DNA of 63,469 bases, filler included, from Vannella sp. (taxonomy: Eukaryota), in assembly GCA_023345925.1 (NCBI GenBank). It is 8 parts of 8 records of this genome, joined end to end, with 100 filler letters (N's around TTAATTAATTAA, not from the genome) between each part and the next. Parts side by side here need not be neighbours in the genome. Positions count along the whole stretch, not along the records: positions 1 to 11,326 come from JAJQQN010000595.1; positions 11,427 to 20,230 come from JAJQQN010001230.1; 6 more parts are not named here. One strand, 5' to 3'. The notes beneath the pieces were generated by a model that made no database searches, was not told where the DNA came from, and worked only from the letters and a program-made list of their open reading frames with translations. Positions 1 to 13,393 of the stretch are shown piece by piece. Within the stretch, counting starts at the first letter, position 1; each line of letters starts with the position of its first letter. A program made the translations under genes and the position numbers.

Positions 1-385
1 GCGAGACATCCGTTCGTCACTGTACCAGACACTAATTGTGCCATTATGAAAGGCTTGTACTGTCAATCAGACTTTGGAGATGGAGGGATTGCGAGATCCT
101 GATGGCTGCTTTCACCTTTGTCTTCAACACATCTAATGGTAATCACAGCTCTGATAGTGATGGTAAAGACGGCGATGATGGTCCTCATGGCGCAAGAGCA
201 AATGGTCCTCTTTAACCTTAGGTATATGGCAGGTCCTTATCCCAATCTACAGCGAAACCGATTCCTGGATAAAAACAAACTTCAAAGGCGGAAAATAAGC
301 ACAGTAAATACGTCCTACTTTTTTTAACTGACATTAAGCGGAAAGGTCTATTGGAATTGTGGACAAGTTTTGACATTCATTCCTG

Positions 386-1629
386 ATGAACTCTTCTGTT
401 GCAAAGCGAACTTTGGGGCTGGTCTTTGGAGTAGCTGGGTTGGCAGCTGGTACTACGTTTTATGTCATCAAGACGAAGAATGACAATCCTGCTCGCTGGT
501 ATAGAATGACCCACCCCGAAGCAACTGCAACACTCCTGGATGTCACCCCACCCTTCCAGTTCTCTGCTTGCGCCATTCAGGGAAAGCGAGAGTACATGGA
601 AGACCGCTGCTTCTGTGCTCCTGTACTTCCGGTACCTGTGGGATTGACGTTTCCTGCCAACTCGGCGGTGTCATGTTTCGGCATCTTCGACGGACATGGC
701 GGCTCGGTTTCTTCCTCCTTTGCTGTCCAGGCGACCCCTATTGCGTTAGCCAAGAAGATGGCATCCCGTACGTTCTCATTACCACATGTCTCCGAGGTCT
801 AATCGATCGCCAGTTCCTTTGGAGGCATGGCGAAAGGTGGAAACCGCAGAAGTAGCCTTGAAGGAGTGTCTCCACACGGTCCACGACGCCCTCCTTGAAG
901 CGAAACCAGGAAAGAACTCGCGAGATGGTACAACAGCCAATGTCTGCGTGTTACACGATGGGAGGATCGTTACTGCCAACGTGGGAGACTCTCGGGCCGT
1001 CCTCTCCCGAGGATGTCGGGCGATGGACCTCTCTTTCGATCACAAACCTGAAAGTGAGGTCCTCGCTCCTATATATGATGACTTGGATGACTGATCCCAC
1101 TTGACAGACCTGCCGGAGTTGGATCGCATTTTGAAGGCTGGCGGGGAGGTCATTACCCAACATGATGACTGCGCCAGAGTTTATTACAAAGGTGGAGGCG
1201 GTGGCTTGGCCATGTCAAGAGCTCTGGGAGACGAGTTCTACAAGAAAGAGGGCAGAGTCCTGGTAAGTGCCTTCTTGGCTGACATGCAACTCTAACAACC
1301 CCGCGTAGGTTCCTGCTGAGGCTGATATTTCATACTTGCGATCGTGCAAAGAAGATGAGTTCATCATCATAGCCTCAGACGGTCTTTGGGATGTGATGAG
1401 CTCGCATGATGCGGTCGACTTCGTCCACAAACTCCGACATGTGAACCGAAGGCTAGACGCCACTTTCCTTGCACAAGCGCTGGTGTATCGTGCCTCTCAG
1501 CTCAAGTCTTCAGATAACATCACCGTCATCCTCATTCTCTTTAAGAGTGACAAGGACGACCCATCCGGCTCTGTGGAAGCTCCCGCAGCGGAGTCTCGGG
1601 CGGCTCCTGTTGTTCCTACGAAAGAGTAA
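386..1629 (+). CDS. PP2C/PPM-family Ser/Thr protein phosphatase with N-terminal hydrophobic segment (multi-exon)
   Basis: Motifs [47 protein letters not shown] and SSDNIT occur in order across ORFs 386, 786, 1101 and 1336, joined by short GT-AG introns (e.g. 768-813). Confidence 0.93.
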
Positions 1630-1753
1630 ACGCGTGTGTGCATTCATCACACTTCTGGCATTGGACTAGGTGGTTTCAGTGGGGAAGTGGGAATGGGCGT
1701 ACTTCATCAACTTGGTTTATTCCAAAGAGCGCATTGCATGGCTAGCGAAAGGC

Positions 1754-2344
1754 TTACTTGTCCTTCTTCTTGTCCTTCTTGCCGTCCTTGTCCTTCTTGT
1801 CCTTCTTGCCCTCCTTGTCCTTCTTGTCCTTCTTGCCCTCTTTGCCCTCCTTGTCCTTCTTGTCCTTCTTGCCTTCTTTGTCCTTCTTGCCTTCCTTGTC
1901 TTTCTTGCCTTCCTTGTCCTTCTTGCCGTCCTTAGCCTTCTTTCCACTCTTACCGCCCTTGCCGGCAGCCGCCTTCTTTCGGTAGAAGTGAACACCAACA
2001 GCAGTGGTGGCAACAGCAGCGCCTCCTAGTAGAGCGATACCAGCAGCACCGAGAGCGACCTTTTGGCCAGTTCCCAGAGCGCGGGAGCCTTGGTGAACCA
2101 CGTTGCCGTCTGCGTCCACAAGAGTGGGAGTCTCTAGAGTACCATCTTCAGCGTAGACAGGTTGGATTGGGTTTCCTTCCGCGTCACGGAGAACTTGCTT
2201 CTTTCCACCGATGTTAACACCAATGGCAGAGAGAAGGTCACTGATGTCGCGAGTTCCCTCTCCCTCTCCAATCTCGTGGTCAACCACCTCAAACTCATCA
2301 GACTCCTCCACTGACACTTCAACAGACGCCTCTTCCTCAGACAT
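1754..2344 (-). CDS. Small membrane protein: acidic N-terminus, one hydrophobic segment, Lys/Asp/Glu/Gly low-complexity tail
   Basis: ORF 1754..2437 with likely start MSEEEAS. The TM-like stretch VALGAAGIALLGGAAVATTAVGV is followed by repeated KKDKEG units. Confidence 0.75.
   Translation of the reverse strand: MSEEEASVEVSVEESDEFEVVDHEIGEGEGTRDISDLLSAIGVNIGGKKQVLRDAEGNPIQPVYAEDGTLETPTLVDADGNVVHQGSRALGTGQKVALGAAGIALLGGAAVATTAVGVHFYRKKAAAGKGGKSGKKAKDGKKDKEGKKDKEGKKDKEGKKDKKDKEGKEGKKDKKDKEGKKDKKDKDGKKDKKKDK
1757..1935. repeat. Coding tandem repeat of 9/18-nt units encoding (KKDKEG/KKD)n on the minus strand
   Basis: Repeated ccttcttgt/ccttcttgc units are directly visible. Confidence 0.9.
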
Positions 2345-2623
2345 TGGCACTGGGTGAAGAAATAATGAACAAACCAGAACAGCCCGAAAGTTTTGGTGAT
2401 TCCCAAACCAACGCTTATTCTTATTGATTTGATTCATTGCTTTCGAACGAAAGAACCCTCAAACGAGGGTTTCCTTGGCGTTGATTCTGATTGGACTTCA
2501 TTTGAGCCAATCGGAAGGGGGCAGCCCTATTCTTCTTGGATGGGTTGCAAATTGAAGAGTTAAGGAAGGTGAAGCCGGTTACGAGTCAAAGAGAGGAAAC
2601 CCCTGTCTGATATCATTCTTTCG

Positions 2624-5600
2624 ATGGCTTTGGGTTGGAGGTCGCGTCCGCCCTTTTTGGTGGGACTTCGGTGTTTCTTGTTGTTCCTGTTGTGGCTGGG
2701 GATGGGGCAAGGGAGGGAGTGTCCTTTCCCACATATCCCTTCAACCTTGGATTCGTACGCGTTCTTGGGGACAAATGAACAGTTTCACGCTGCCTCTCAT
2801 TATCAAGCCAACTTCTCCTCCGTCAACCAGTTCACAGAGCTCACTCTAAGCTCTGAAAGTGCGTTGAGGATCTATGTAGCACCAGAAGGTGTGGATCTGA
2901 CTCTCACTCTGTTCCGTGGCTCCGAGATCGTCGGGGTAAGCTGCTCAGCACCCCCGAGCACTAACTGACGGAACCAGAGGTCATCTCTACTTGCAGGATC
3001 TCAAATCTTGTTACAAGGAAAGCTTTCACCGGGTTCTTACCTGCTCAATTGGAGCTACAGAGGTATGTCCTCGTAGTTTCTTCAAAAGAGGCTGACATCA
3101 CGGTAGGGACGGCACTGGAGAGCGATGGAAGCACGGATAGATGCGAATCAATCTTTGTTGAATGGGCTATTGTCCCTAACGAGGACTTTCATCAGTTAGC
3201 AGACCGTTTTCAGTGTCCCACGCTCCCTTCGCTCCCTCCTCGAGACATGTTCTCTTCCTTATCAGTGACTGAGGTGTAGGTTTAGGTTTCTTGCTACTCT
3301 TGAACTCACTCTCCTCAGCAATTCACACTTTGGTGATTCGTACGCGGTTTCTAGCTCAGAAGAGTCCACTCTGGTGGCGAACATCACCTTGGTCATCCCC
3401 AACATAAGTGGGGCTCAATGGAATGTGAAAGCTTCTCTTGGATTTGACTTCCTGACTGGCGGCACTCTTGGGTGAGTTCTCTTCGCCTTAAGGTGCTGCA
3501 CCGCTCAGTTTGTTTAGAATGGCTTTAGTGGAAGAAGGTCAGGAGTGGATCAATAGCCGAAAGTGTGCTAGCCGTAGCGGGTGTAGTTTGGCAGTGGGAA
3601 TGTCTCTAAACCAGCGCGTTTTGACCGCTTCCTTGGAGGAAGGGAGGTACCAATTGGTTCTATTTCGCATTTCTGAGACGACTCCTTTCTCTCCCTTGCC
3701 TTGTTTGCCGTTCAGCTTAGATACTCTTATTTATGTGGACTATCCAGCCCCAAATTGGGTCAACTGTCCAGCAACGAGGCTTCCAGAGAGTCTTAATTCT
3801 GCGGGATATCTTTCAACTGATGGATTTCTCCTTTGGGATGGCAACGTATACCTTCCACCAGTTGGACAGCTCCTTTACAGTACTAGAGTGAGTATGCTGT
3901 GAGCTCTATTGTGTTGCATCTAACTCCTCCCAGTTTCAAGTGAGCACTTCGAGTTACGTCAGATTTTTGGTCTCCTCTCCTTCAGAGGAGCTCAAAGTTG
4001 TACTAAGCAGCTTTGATGATGAATCATTACTCATTGAGTCCTCCCGTGGGAGGGGATCAGAGGAAGCAATCGTTGCAAAGGTGCCAGAAGGATCTTATCA
4101 GCTAACTATAAGTCGCAGAGGGGCAGAGCTGAGCAATATTCCCTGCAGTGTCTTCTTTGCTGTTTTGAGTGTGACCCCGTCTGCTGCAATCAACATTGAA
4201 TGCGCCCGAGGTTCTCCACACACTCCTAACTTTGAATTCATGGCCCCAAGTCTTGAGAACAGCCCCTATATCTATCATATGGAGGCAAATCCAGCTTTTC
4301 CTTATCAGTACAACTACAAAGAGAGCATCCTTCAGCAGGATATATTCCCTCTCAGGTTTGAGATTCACCAAACTTCTCAGTTGTATGTTGAAGTTGGCGT
4401 AAACTTTGCAGTTGGTGACGTCTCTTTGTATTTGACGGGAATCAACTCCCATCTAATTGAAGGAGTGCATTCTGGAAGTGCAGTTTTCCTCTTTGCTGAA
4501 CTGCAGCCTGGCACCTTCGATCTTACAATGGCGTCTGGGACGGTCCAAACTTCGGACATTCAGCCGCTAAGCAGCTTCCCAGGTTGCCTTCGTTACACTC
4601 TCAGATTAACAATCCTCCCTATTGAAAAAGTGAAAGGTTGCCTCCACTATTTGATGCTCCCAGATTCTTTAGTATCTCCTTCATTCCTGGAGTCTTCCGA
4701 CATCGTTTCGCTTCATGCTCCCTTCCAACAACCAGATGGGCGCCATGCAATTGACTTACAAGTGCGACAATCTTCGTTCCTTCGATCCAGAATTTCAGAG
4801 TACTCCACCAGTTCTATGTTGATGCAGGTTGTTGAACAGGGAAGTCCTGAGGTGCTCGCTGTCAGCTCTATCTCAGGAGATGGACATCATCTCGAGTTTG
4901 TACTGGAACCAAACAAACTTTATGATCTTTTGGTGACGAGCAATGCTCCCCTCGACAGCCGTTGCCATCCATTCCGATTTGATATTGAGATCCATCCCAC
5001 TTCTTTCTTAGTTGACTCTGCATCCTCATGCTCTTCTGTGTCATCACCGTCAGGAGATGATTTGCACTACGATCAGCTCCCTTTTGTTCACGAACAAGAA
5101 TATGCTTTCAATTCTGGTCTCTCACGAGAGGACTTTGAGTTGCTAACTCCCTTTTCCTTGCTCGAAACTGTCAGCTTTCGCTTTGCTCTTGAGCAGGACT
5201 TTCTGTTAGGGAACTTGGAAATGGAAATTATGACCGATTCCTTCGTGCCAGTCCACTCAGCTTCTGTTAAAGGGAGTTTGCGAGGAACTCTAGATGCAGG
5301 AGATTACATCCTTATTATACGAAAGAAGTATTCTCCTGAGCAAGACCAGTGGGGTGTCGCTTGTATTCGCTACACCCTTTTGGTTGCCTTTGAGAGCTTT
5401 GGTCCGGCTGGCAACGAATGCGTGTATAGCGCGCCGAACACTTTGAATACTCTGGCGTACCTATCTCCGCTCACGAATACTCAGACCCACTTTCAATTGG
5501 ATCACCTTTTACCTTTGGGAGCCTCACAGTTGATTGGCATCGATCTCCTGAATCCTTCCTTTCTGCATGTGTTCGCTGGCGCTTCTTCTCAGATGGGTTG

Positions 5601-8600
5601 CTTCATGAATGTTTCACTATCCACGGGTGATTTACAAGCTAGTTCTGTCCCCATTGGCTACGGAGGGCAAGCTATTTGCCTCCGTTTGGAGCCTGCGTCT
5701 TATCAACTGGGTATCTTTTGTGAGGGGCGAATGTATCGCGAATTAGTCTCTGGATGTGCTTCAGCTCCTTTTGAACTTCAACTCATGCAGGAATCTTACG
5801 TTGATGCCCTTCAGATTCCTTCCCAATGCTCTGAGGAGTTACACCCGCCCTCCCGCATGGGGGAGTCGTTTGGTAACATGCGTTTCCAGTTCACAAGAAA
5901 AGCGGATGAACAAAACCCTTATGAACGAGAAATCCGGCTCAGCTTACCAGGCAGAACTCGAAAGGTGCATATCGAGCTGAATTACAACTTTTTGTTGGGC
6001 CAAATGAGCATGCGCCTTGTTGGCCGCCGACGCTGGGTGCTTGGCGGAGGTGCAGAGCTTATCATTGAAGCGAAATACTCTCAAAATAATGCGTTCATTG
6101 ACGTAGACTTGCTGACTACCGGTTTAATCTACACGCTTCATATCACTGACGCCACGCCACTTCAAGGGGGAATTCCTAACCTTTGTGTCAGTTACGAACT
6201 CCAGATCAAGTTAGGAGACCCTCAAGACCCAGTTTGCCAAGTTGCAGAACCATTTCCAACAGATCTATTCTCTCCAGCTGGTGGTTCTTTCGTGTATGGC
6301 GGTCCTCAGGATATGGATAGTGGGCGTGTTCGTATTGTTGCTAGAAAGCTGCCAGTTGGAGCTACTGGAACGGAAAATCGGATCTATTTTCACGCACCGG
6401 TGGACTCCGTTCTCCGAGCCTTCGTAGCAACTGCTGACTCTCAGATTCTTTTGACTCTCTTCAGGTCGACAGCTGAATCGATTCCTATCCCTTCCTTGGG
6501 AGCAACAAATGTATGGGAGGTTCTTGAATATGGCGGAGACTATTTCCTTGAAGTGAGCTTCTTGCTCTCACCCCCAAACGTTTTCTGCTCTTTCTTTGAA
6601 CTCCAATTAGAGCTCAAACCTCTTCAAGAGGTTCGTGAGGCGGCTCAATGTCCTCTTGTTTACCCTAATCCAGCAAACCCTCCGAACGCTATTTCTCTTG
6701 CAGATTCGGATGTTGTGGAGGGATCATTCTTGTTTAATGCTGGTTGGTTGACGGACCCAGAACGAACGCGAGAGAGAGATGGAGAAGAAGAATTCTTTTA
6801 TCGAATGACCCTCAGCACCTCAGAGAATGGCACTCTACGAGCATTTATTGCTTATAGCTTTACCAGTGCCGATTACTCTCTCCTGCTAAGTAGCCCTCAA
6901 AATGATCAAGTTCTTGTTTTCGGCACGCCTGAACCACCCCTGGATGCTGGATCCAGCAATTTCCGCAACATTTTGACAGAGTCCCTCATTCCGGGAACTT
7001 TCTTCCTGGATATCGTGCAACCAAGCGGGTTTCATCCTTTCAACATGTCGGAATACTGTATTGCCTTCGACTTCTCGCTCAGTTTCTCGGTATCTGCTGA
7101 GCCACACTTGTTGTACGTGGACCCGCCAGGGGGTGACCGACTTAATCCTTTAGAGAGTTTCCTCGTCACTTTTGCCTTCTCCCAGTCTATCGGCTCCCCT
7201 TCTGCGAGTGATTTGATGGATAGTGGAGTCTTCTATCTTCAAAGCTCATCCAGCTCAGCGCAACAAGTCCTTCCCTCTTCTATTGTTATTCGCGAAGATG
7301 CGACGAAGTTGGTTGTCGTCTTCTCTCCCGATTCACTTGCTTGGGGAGCTTCTTATCTTCTCAACTTCGATTTGTCTTCCCTTCGAACGACAGACGGCCG
7401 CCCATACGAAGTCCCCCAGACCTTGCCGATCCGTTATTCTTTCCAAGATTGCCGCTGTAATGGACGGGGCACTTGCAGTGTAGTCTCTGACCAATTCGTA
7501 TGCGATTGCAGTGAAGGTTACACTGGTGATGCCTGCCAGAATTGCCAGGAAGGATTCCATCCTGCTGGTACGCAGTGTGTTGTTGATGAACATTGCACAG
7601 AAACAACCTGCAATGGCCATGGCCAATGCATTCAGTATCATGGCTACATTCACTGCCAATGTGATGCAGGCTGGGGTACTCGCGGGGATGAATGGTGTAA
7701 CGTTTGCATGAATGGGTACACTATGAATGGGCAAGAATGCGTTCCTCAAGTGGAGGGTGCTGATCGCTCCACATCTTGCACAGCGCCACTGCTCCCCAAC
7801 ACTTTCAATTCCGCTGCTTTCTTGCGCAGCAGTGACCGGATGCATCTCTTTGGAGACTATTACGTGGATTTACAGCAAAGTGGACACAACGCGTCGTTTA
7901 CCTTATCAGGAGAGAGCATCTTTACCAGTTTTGTGGGATCTGTTCACTCTCTCCGTGTGAGTATGAGTTTGCTGCTTCCCAATGAGACTAGAATTTCATC
8001 CACCGTCGCTCCAGATGGCCAATACTTGTACCAAGTACTCCCAGTGGGGGATTATGTTCTAGAATTTGGGTATTCTGCAGCAGAAGAAGCCTCAACCTCT
8101 TCTTGCACCACCATCAATATGGAATTAGCCGTCCGCACTGTCAAGAGTATCCAAGAAGAGGCTTCTCTTTGTGACTCTTCTGTGTCAAGCGCTCCTCCTA
8201 CTAATGTTGAAGTAGGATTGGTGCCAATGCCAGCTGGCCTTCACTTCCAGCGTGATGATCCGTATCAGGTAGCGAACTCAGAGTCTGAATTTTACTCGTA
8301 CAGCTTCCGTGTCGCTGGCGAGGGCATTCCTGCAAACTTCCAGTCAGTGCTCACTATTCATCTGGGCTACCAGTTCATTGCTGGATCCCTTGGAGTTACT
8401 TTAGAGCGTAATAGCAAGGATCGGTGCTCCAGTGTCCCTTCTAATTGTTTGTTTGGGTCGCGCATGGCCAACCAACAAGTCCTAAAGGCTGTCATTCTTC
8501 CAGAGACAGATTACACTGTTTGGTTGACGAAAACGGACCCTTCTGCTGGATTACCTGACGTGCCTTGTATTCGATACACATTCAGCTTGGACTTGGAACT

Positions 8601-11326
8601 GGCAGTCAAAGAAGAATCTGAATGGCACTGTGAAAGTCCCAGATTACCCCGTTCTTTGAATAGCCCATCGATTATGAAAGAGGATGGCTCTTTCCATGTG
8701 GTAGATCGTTATTTCCTGCCTTCTACTTCCCATACAACACTGAATGTGACGAAAAGGTCTCTGTTCCGAATCTCTGTTGCTACTGAGGAGCGTTCAGTCA
8801 CTCTTAAGTACAAAAGCCTCTCGGAAGTGGGCTGGAACGAAGCCTCTTTAGATGGAGTCCCCTCGCTTTCCATTGTATTAGAGCCAGGATCTTTCTCATT
8901 TGAGTTGCAAACTTTTGGCATTTCAAATGCTCTTGTAAGCGGTCAAATATGTCACCCAAGCGCTGTTGAAATGGCTTTTGAGAGTCTTCCAACTGAAGAA
9001 GAATCAACCTGCAAATCAGTATCTCCTCTGTTACCTGCAATTCTCCCAGAGTTCGTTGTTCCACCTTATTCCTTTGGTATTCCCACAGAGCCAATCACGC
9101 CAGTGGTCTACACAGCGTACTTTGAGGAGGATAGTGAGACTGACATTGTCTATTCGTTGTCATTTGACTTGCAAGAGTCTGCTCAGTTGACAGTGGGAGT
9201 AGCAAGTGACTTTTTGTTGAATAACTTGTATCTTCAAGTTCGTGGAGCTTCCAGTTGGGCTCCAGTCCAAGGGAGGAACTTTTATAACTATAATTTCATT
9301 GATGCTCTTCTCCCTCCCGACAATTACACACTCTCTGTCATCCGCAGCTCTCCCCATCGTGTTGCTGGAGCTCTTGTCGCTAATTGTGCTGATTTCAATT
9401 TCCAAATGACCCTTTCCGACCATGTACTCTGCAGAGAGGCCGGAGAACCCCTTCCGAATACTCTCAATTCAGTTCGATTCCTGGGAGGTCGTGGGCGTAG
9501 CTTTAACTACTTCTCGCCAGCTATTCGGGCGCCAGTCGAGTTTGTTCAATTCCACTATACCACAGAAAGCATTCCCATTGAAGTAGAAGTGGAGTCTCTC
9601 TTTAGGAGTTCGATTATTCCACGTGACGGAGTGCTTCCCCAACTATCTATTCGACGCTTTGCAGGAGGGCAATTTGTTACTGTTGCTAAGGCAATTCTCA
9701 CAGGATCTGAGAGACCTACTTCATTGGCCTTTGTCCTTGTGCCAGGAGAATATTACGAGCTTCTTTTGGAGTACTATGTGCAAGGAGGTTCTTTTGGTAT
9801 CAAGTCTTGTCCAACCTTCCCGCTTCAGTTCTCTGTTGAGCCTGTGGTTCAACAGTCACCTCTGTGTCCTCATAGTGGAGGGGATCACTTCAATCCTCCT
9901 CTCCCAGAGGATCTACCGGTTGAGAGTTATCTTTATGATAGCGAAGAGATGGGGGAGAATCTCTATTTCCAGCAAATCTCAAAGAAGAGTGTCGGTCATA
10001 CCTTTACAATGACTCTTCACGATACCGCCAATGTTCATCTGGAGCTGACCTTTGACTTTGTCTCAACTGACATGGTTCTTCATTTGAAGCGGCCAGATGA
10101 CCTTCCCGCTCTTCACAGTACTCGCGCTTGGAATCGTGCCATCTTGCATACGCTGGAACTCCCTCCAGGGAGCTATGTGATCTATACCTCCGAGTCGACT
10201 CCACTCCCTGATGAGCTTCTGGGTTGTGGTACTTTCGACCTCTTGATACGGGTGGAAGGGGCCGATTATTCTCTTCTCCAGAATGCGAATGGATTCACTC
10301 CTTTCCTTCCAGAGACGCTGAATCAGTGGGAGTACCTTGGGTTCGATGAAAGTACTTACCTTTTGGGTGATTATATCTTCCCGGCATTGGAGGCTCCAGG
10401 GCATTCCGCTATCTTCTTCGATATCCGCCAAAAGTCGCTCCTTCGCTTGAGACACGCCGGAGCAACTCCTCTTTCTCTTCAAATACTCCAGAACGGAGTC
10501 GCTGTATCAAATGGTACTATCGAGTTGGGCGGAAGTGTAGCAGAGCTTGAAAGCGGCAGCTATCAATTGGATTTCTTTGCGGCAAATTCTTTTGATCCCG
10601 TTCATCTTGAGCTTGCTTTGGAGCCTCAACAGCGGACTCTCTCAAGGCTGAGTCCCGTCAGTGCACTTTGCACCGCTTCAGAGTGGCCTACTTTCGATTC
10701 GAACGTCGAGTCCTTGTCAGACCAAAGCTTTTTCTTTGCATCAGATGATTTGCAAGCGCCTTACTCTTCTTCCTCTCCAGATAACGCTGGTCGCGTCCTC
10801 GCTAGTTTGTCTTTCGAGTTTACAGAACCGTCTTACATCTATGCCCTCGCTGGATTCGATTATTTAGCAAATGACTTGGTCCTTGAAGTACTCCAGGACG
10901 ACCGCGGCCTCGTTTTACCAGCCAAGATTCACTACAATCAGGCAGAGATCTTTGAGATACTCCCTGCCAGCCATTATACTCTGCGGCTCTTGCAGCGTGA
11001 TGGAAACCGTGTTATTCCCTCCCATTGCGCTCTTTATTCGATGGTTGTTGTTCTCTCTGTTTCTGGGATACGGCGTATCGATTGTCTTGACTATCTTGCA
11101 GTGCCTGAAGACTTGAATAGCGGCGGCCAGGTTTACGGAGGGCCCATTCACAATGGACTGCTTTCCTTCTATGGCCCGGCGTTCCCTGTTGTGGATGATT
11201 CTCCTTTGCACGCCTCTTCTGCTAAGATTGGAATCTTAGATTCTTCTATTCTGAGTGTGATGACCAATGGGCGGGGAACTACCGGGGCTTCTGTGCCATT
11301 TGATGTTGCGTGCAATGGGAATTCCT
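2624..11326 (+). CDS. Giant secreted/cell-surface protein (>2800 aa) with repeated modules, an Ig-like domain and EGF-like domains; 3' end truncated by the gap
   Basis: Signal peptide in ORF 2624. Several short introns precede one long exon running from about 3933 to the gap. EGF-like Cys patterns (CRCNGRGTC...CDCSEGYTGDAC; CNGHGQC...CQCDAGW) lie at about 7449-7745. Confidence 0.85.
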
Positions 11327-11426
11327 NNNNNNNNNNNNNNNNNNNNNNNNNNNNNNNNNNNNNNNNNNNNTTAATTAATTAANNNNNNNNNNNNNNNNNN
11401 NNNNNNNNNNNNNNNNNNNNNNNNNN
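11327..11426. other. Artificial contig-join spacer (N44-TTAATTAATTAA-N44)
   Basis: The same 100-nt spacer recurs at 20231-20330, 26691-26790, 31447-31546, 39100-39199, 47804-47903 and 59225-59324. The 12-mer gives stops in all six frames. Confidence 0.97.
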
Positions 11427-11578
11427 CTGCCCAAAATGAAGAATTAATTAATTAATTGCGAAAAAGTGGAAAACCCTTATAGCGACCCGGGGCGTCGCCA
11501 TGCTTTTCATATGTCTATTAAGCCTCCTACTTGGAGAGAACCCCACTCTTCCCAGAAGACTAAGCAACAGAAAGGGGT

Positions 11579-13250
11579 TTAGAGGCGGAGACCAGTCGGG
11601 TTCTTCGTTGTAACATGAGCGACAAGCTGGCGGACCTCTTCTGTGCGATATTCGAGTCGTGTTTCCTTCTTTTGAGCCCTTCTGTTTCGCCGCATCTCCT
11701 TTACTATCTTCTTCCGCTCGGCTTTCTCTTCTGTCGACTCTTCTTTGCGCCTTCTTTCGCCCAAGTTGGTGCTGACCGTGCTGGAAGGTTCTTTTGGTGA
11801 GAAGAACAGGAAAGGGAGACGGTTGATGACTCACCTTCGCCCATCATCTTCGCCTTCTTCATCCTCTTCCTCATCCAAGAGGGGTGGTGCCTTCACTCCC
11901 ACAAACCCAACCGGCAGACCGCTGCGCTGAGAGAGCTTGATCTGCCTTCTTGGCGCGTCATCGATCACCGTCGGATGGTTGTATAGGTTAGAATAGGTAC
12001 CTAACCTCTGATCAGACATCATTCCCTCTCAGAAGGCAAACTCACTTAAAATGGACTCGCAATCCCATTTTTCTGTGCGTGGCTCGTTGCAGGAGGACAA
12101 GTATTCGTATCCTTCGAGATTGTCTTCTTCTAGGTCGTCATCGTTGAGGTCCATGGCCTCATATCCCTCTGTATTTGTCCTCATGTGGCCCGCCAAGTCC
12201 TCGGGAACAACTCGGCTTGATCGGTTCAGAGGTCGCAAGGCCTGATCAGCCAAGAACTCGTCCAGCACGAAGTCCAACTGTGATAGATCCATCACACCCT
12301 TCACTGACGGGTCCTCTTCGTCCAGTTCTCCGATCTCGTCATCTTCGAACTCGTGAGCCATTTCATCAAACTGGCGATCCAGCACGCTATCGAAGGTCTT
12401 GATCTTGCTCACGTATATCAACTTCCTTGGCTTGTCCTTCTTCCCCTTTGCGAACTCGTCCTGAGGAGTGTAATCCTCCTCCTCGTCTTCTGAATGTCTG
12501 ACCAGGTTTGTTAGCTCCCCTCTGACGCTGAAAGGCCCTCTCATACTCCAGTGGGGGAGGCAGATCATCGTCAGAGTAGTCATATTCATCGCTGGCCTCT
12601 GCATCAGCGATCGCCAGGAAATCGTCCTGCAAGTCTCCCTCCTCGAAGTCGCCTTCTAAGAGCTCCAGCACGTCTGGGGGGAGAACAGACTCTGATCCTC
12701 CCATGATGTAACGAGCTTCGATGTCTTCGAGAACAGGAGGACGCCCGAACAAGTCCCCAGAGGGATCCTCTACTGCTGCGATGAAGGTTCCTCCTCCCAT
12801 TGGCTTCAAGTGCTGTGCGTAGTTGTAACCATCATCAGGGAAGTCGTAGGCATCCAAAGGAAGTAGATCTGTCCCATCAAAGGCCTCCTCTTCGATGGTT
12901 CCGTGCTCTTCGTCATCATCGGGTCCCATCAGATCGTTCAATCTCGGCTCATGGAAGAAGATACGCTCTGCCTCTTCGATAGTAGGTGGACGAATACCTT
13001 TCTATAAAGATGCAAGATTAGCGAGAACTGAAACAGGCCGCAGAGAAGAGAAAACGAACCTTCAGAGCATTCAAGTTGGGAACGGGCTCCAGAACGAGGT
13101 CAGAGCGGTTCTCCGCGCCCCACAAAGGATCCTGCATACTTCTGTGGACCACCCTAAAGGTGGACGCTGTCTTCTTATTGATCCACTGCTTCTTTCTCGG
13201 CTGTAATCCAGTTAGACCACACCATTCGTTCCCCCTCCTCCCCTCACCAT
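11579..13250 (-). CDS. LTV1: 40S ribosome biogenesis factor LTV1 (multi-exon)
   Basis: Spliced N-terminus M-PRKKQWINKKTASTFRVVHRSMQDP, then YNYAQHLKPMG, WDCESILSTYSNLYNHP and the C-terminal EEKAERKKIVKEMRRNRR. Confidence 0.9.
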
Positions 13251-13393
13251 CTGGACTGTAGAGAATGACCCTTTCCAGCCTATTTCCTTCATTTCAATGT
13301 GAAAAATAACCTGTCTTGAAAGCTCATTTGATGGGGGAAGGGGAAATGGAAAAGGGCGGGAAACCGTTGAAGTGTCATTTCTTTGTTGTTCTG

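Noticed and set aside
1..327. ORF 118..327
   Set aside because: Non-ATG start and no recognisable motif; cannot be supported.
1636..2029. Cys-Pro-Ser 'metallothionein-like' and poly-Leu ORFs on the plus strand
   Set aside because: Antisense shadows of the KKDKEG repeat of the minus-strand gene.
11327..11426. Regularly recurring TTAATTAATTAA palindromes as a biological repeat or CRISPR-like array
   Set aside because: Always centred in identical N-padding, so it is a contig-concatenation linker. The extra AATT run at 11442-11457 is either AT-rich 3' sequence or a linker remnant.
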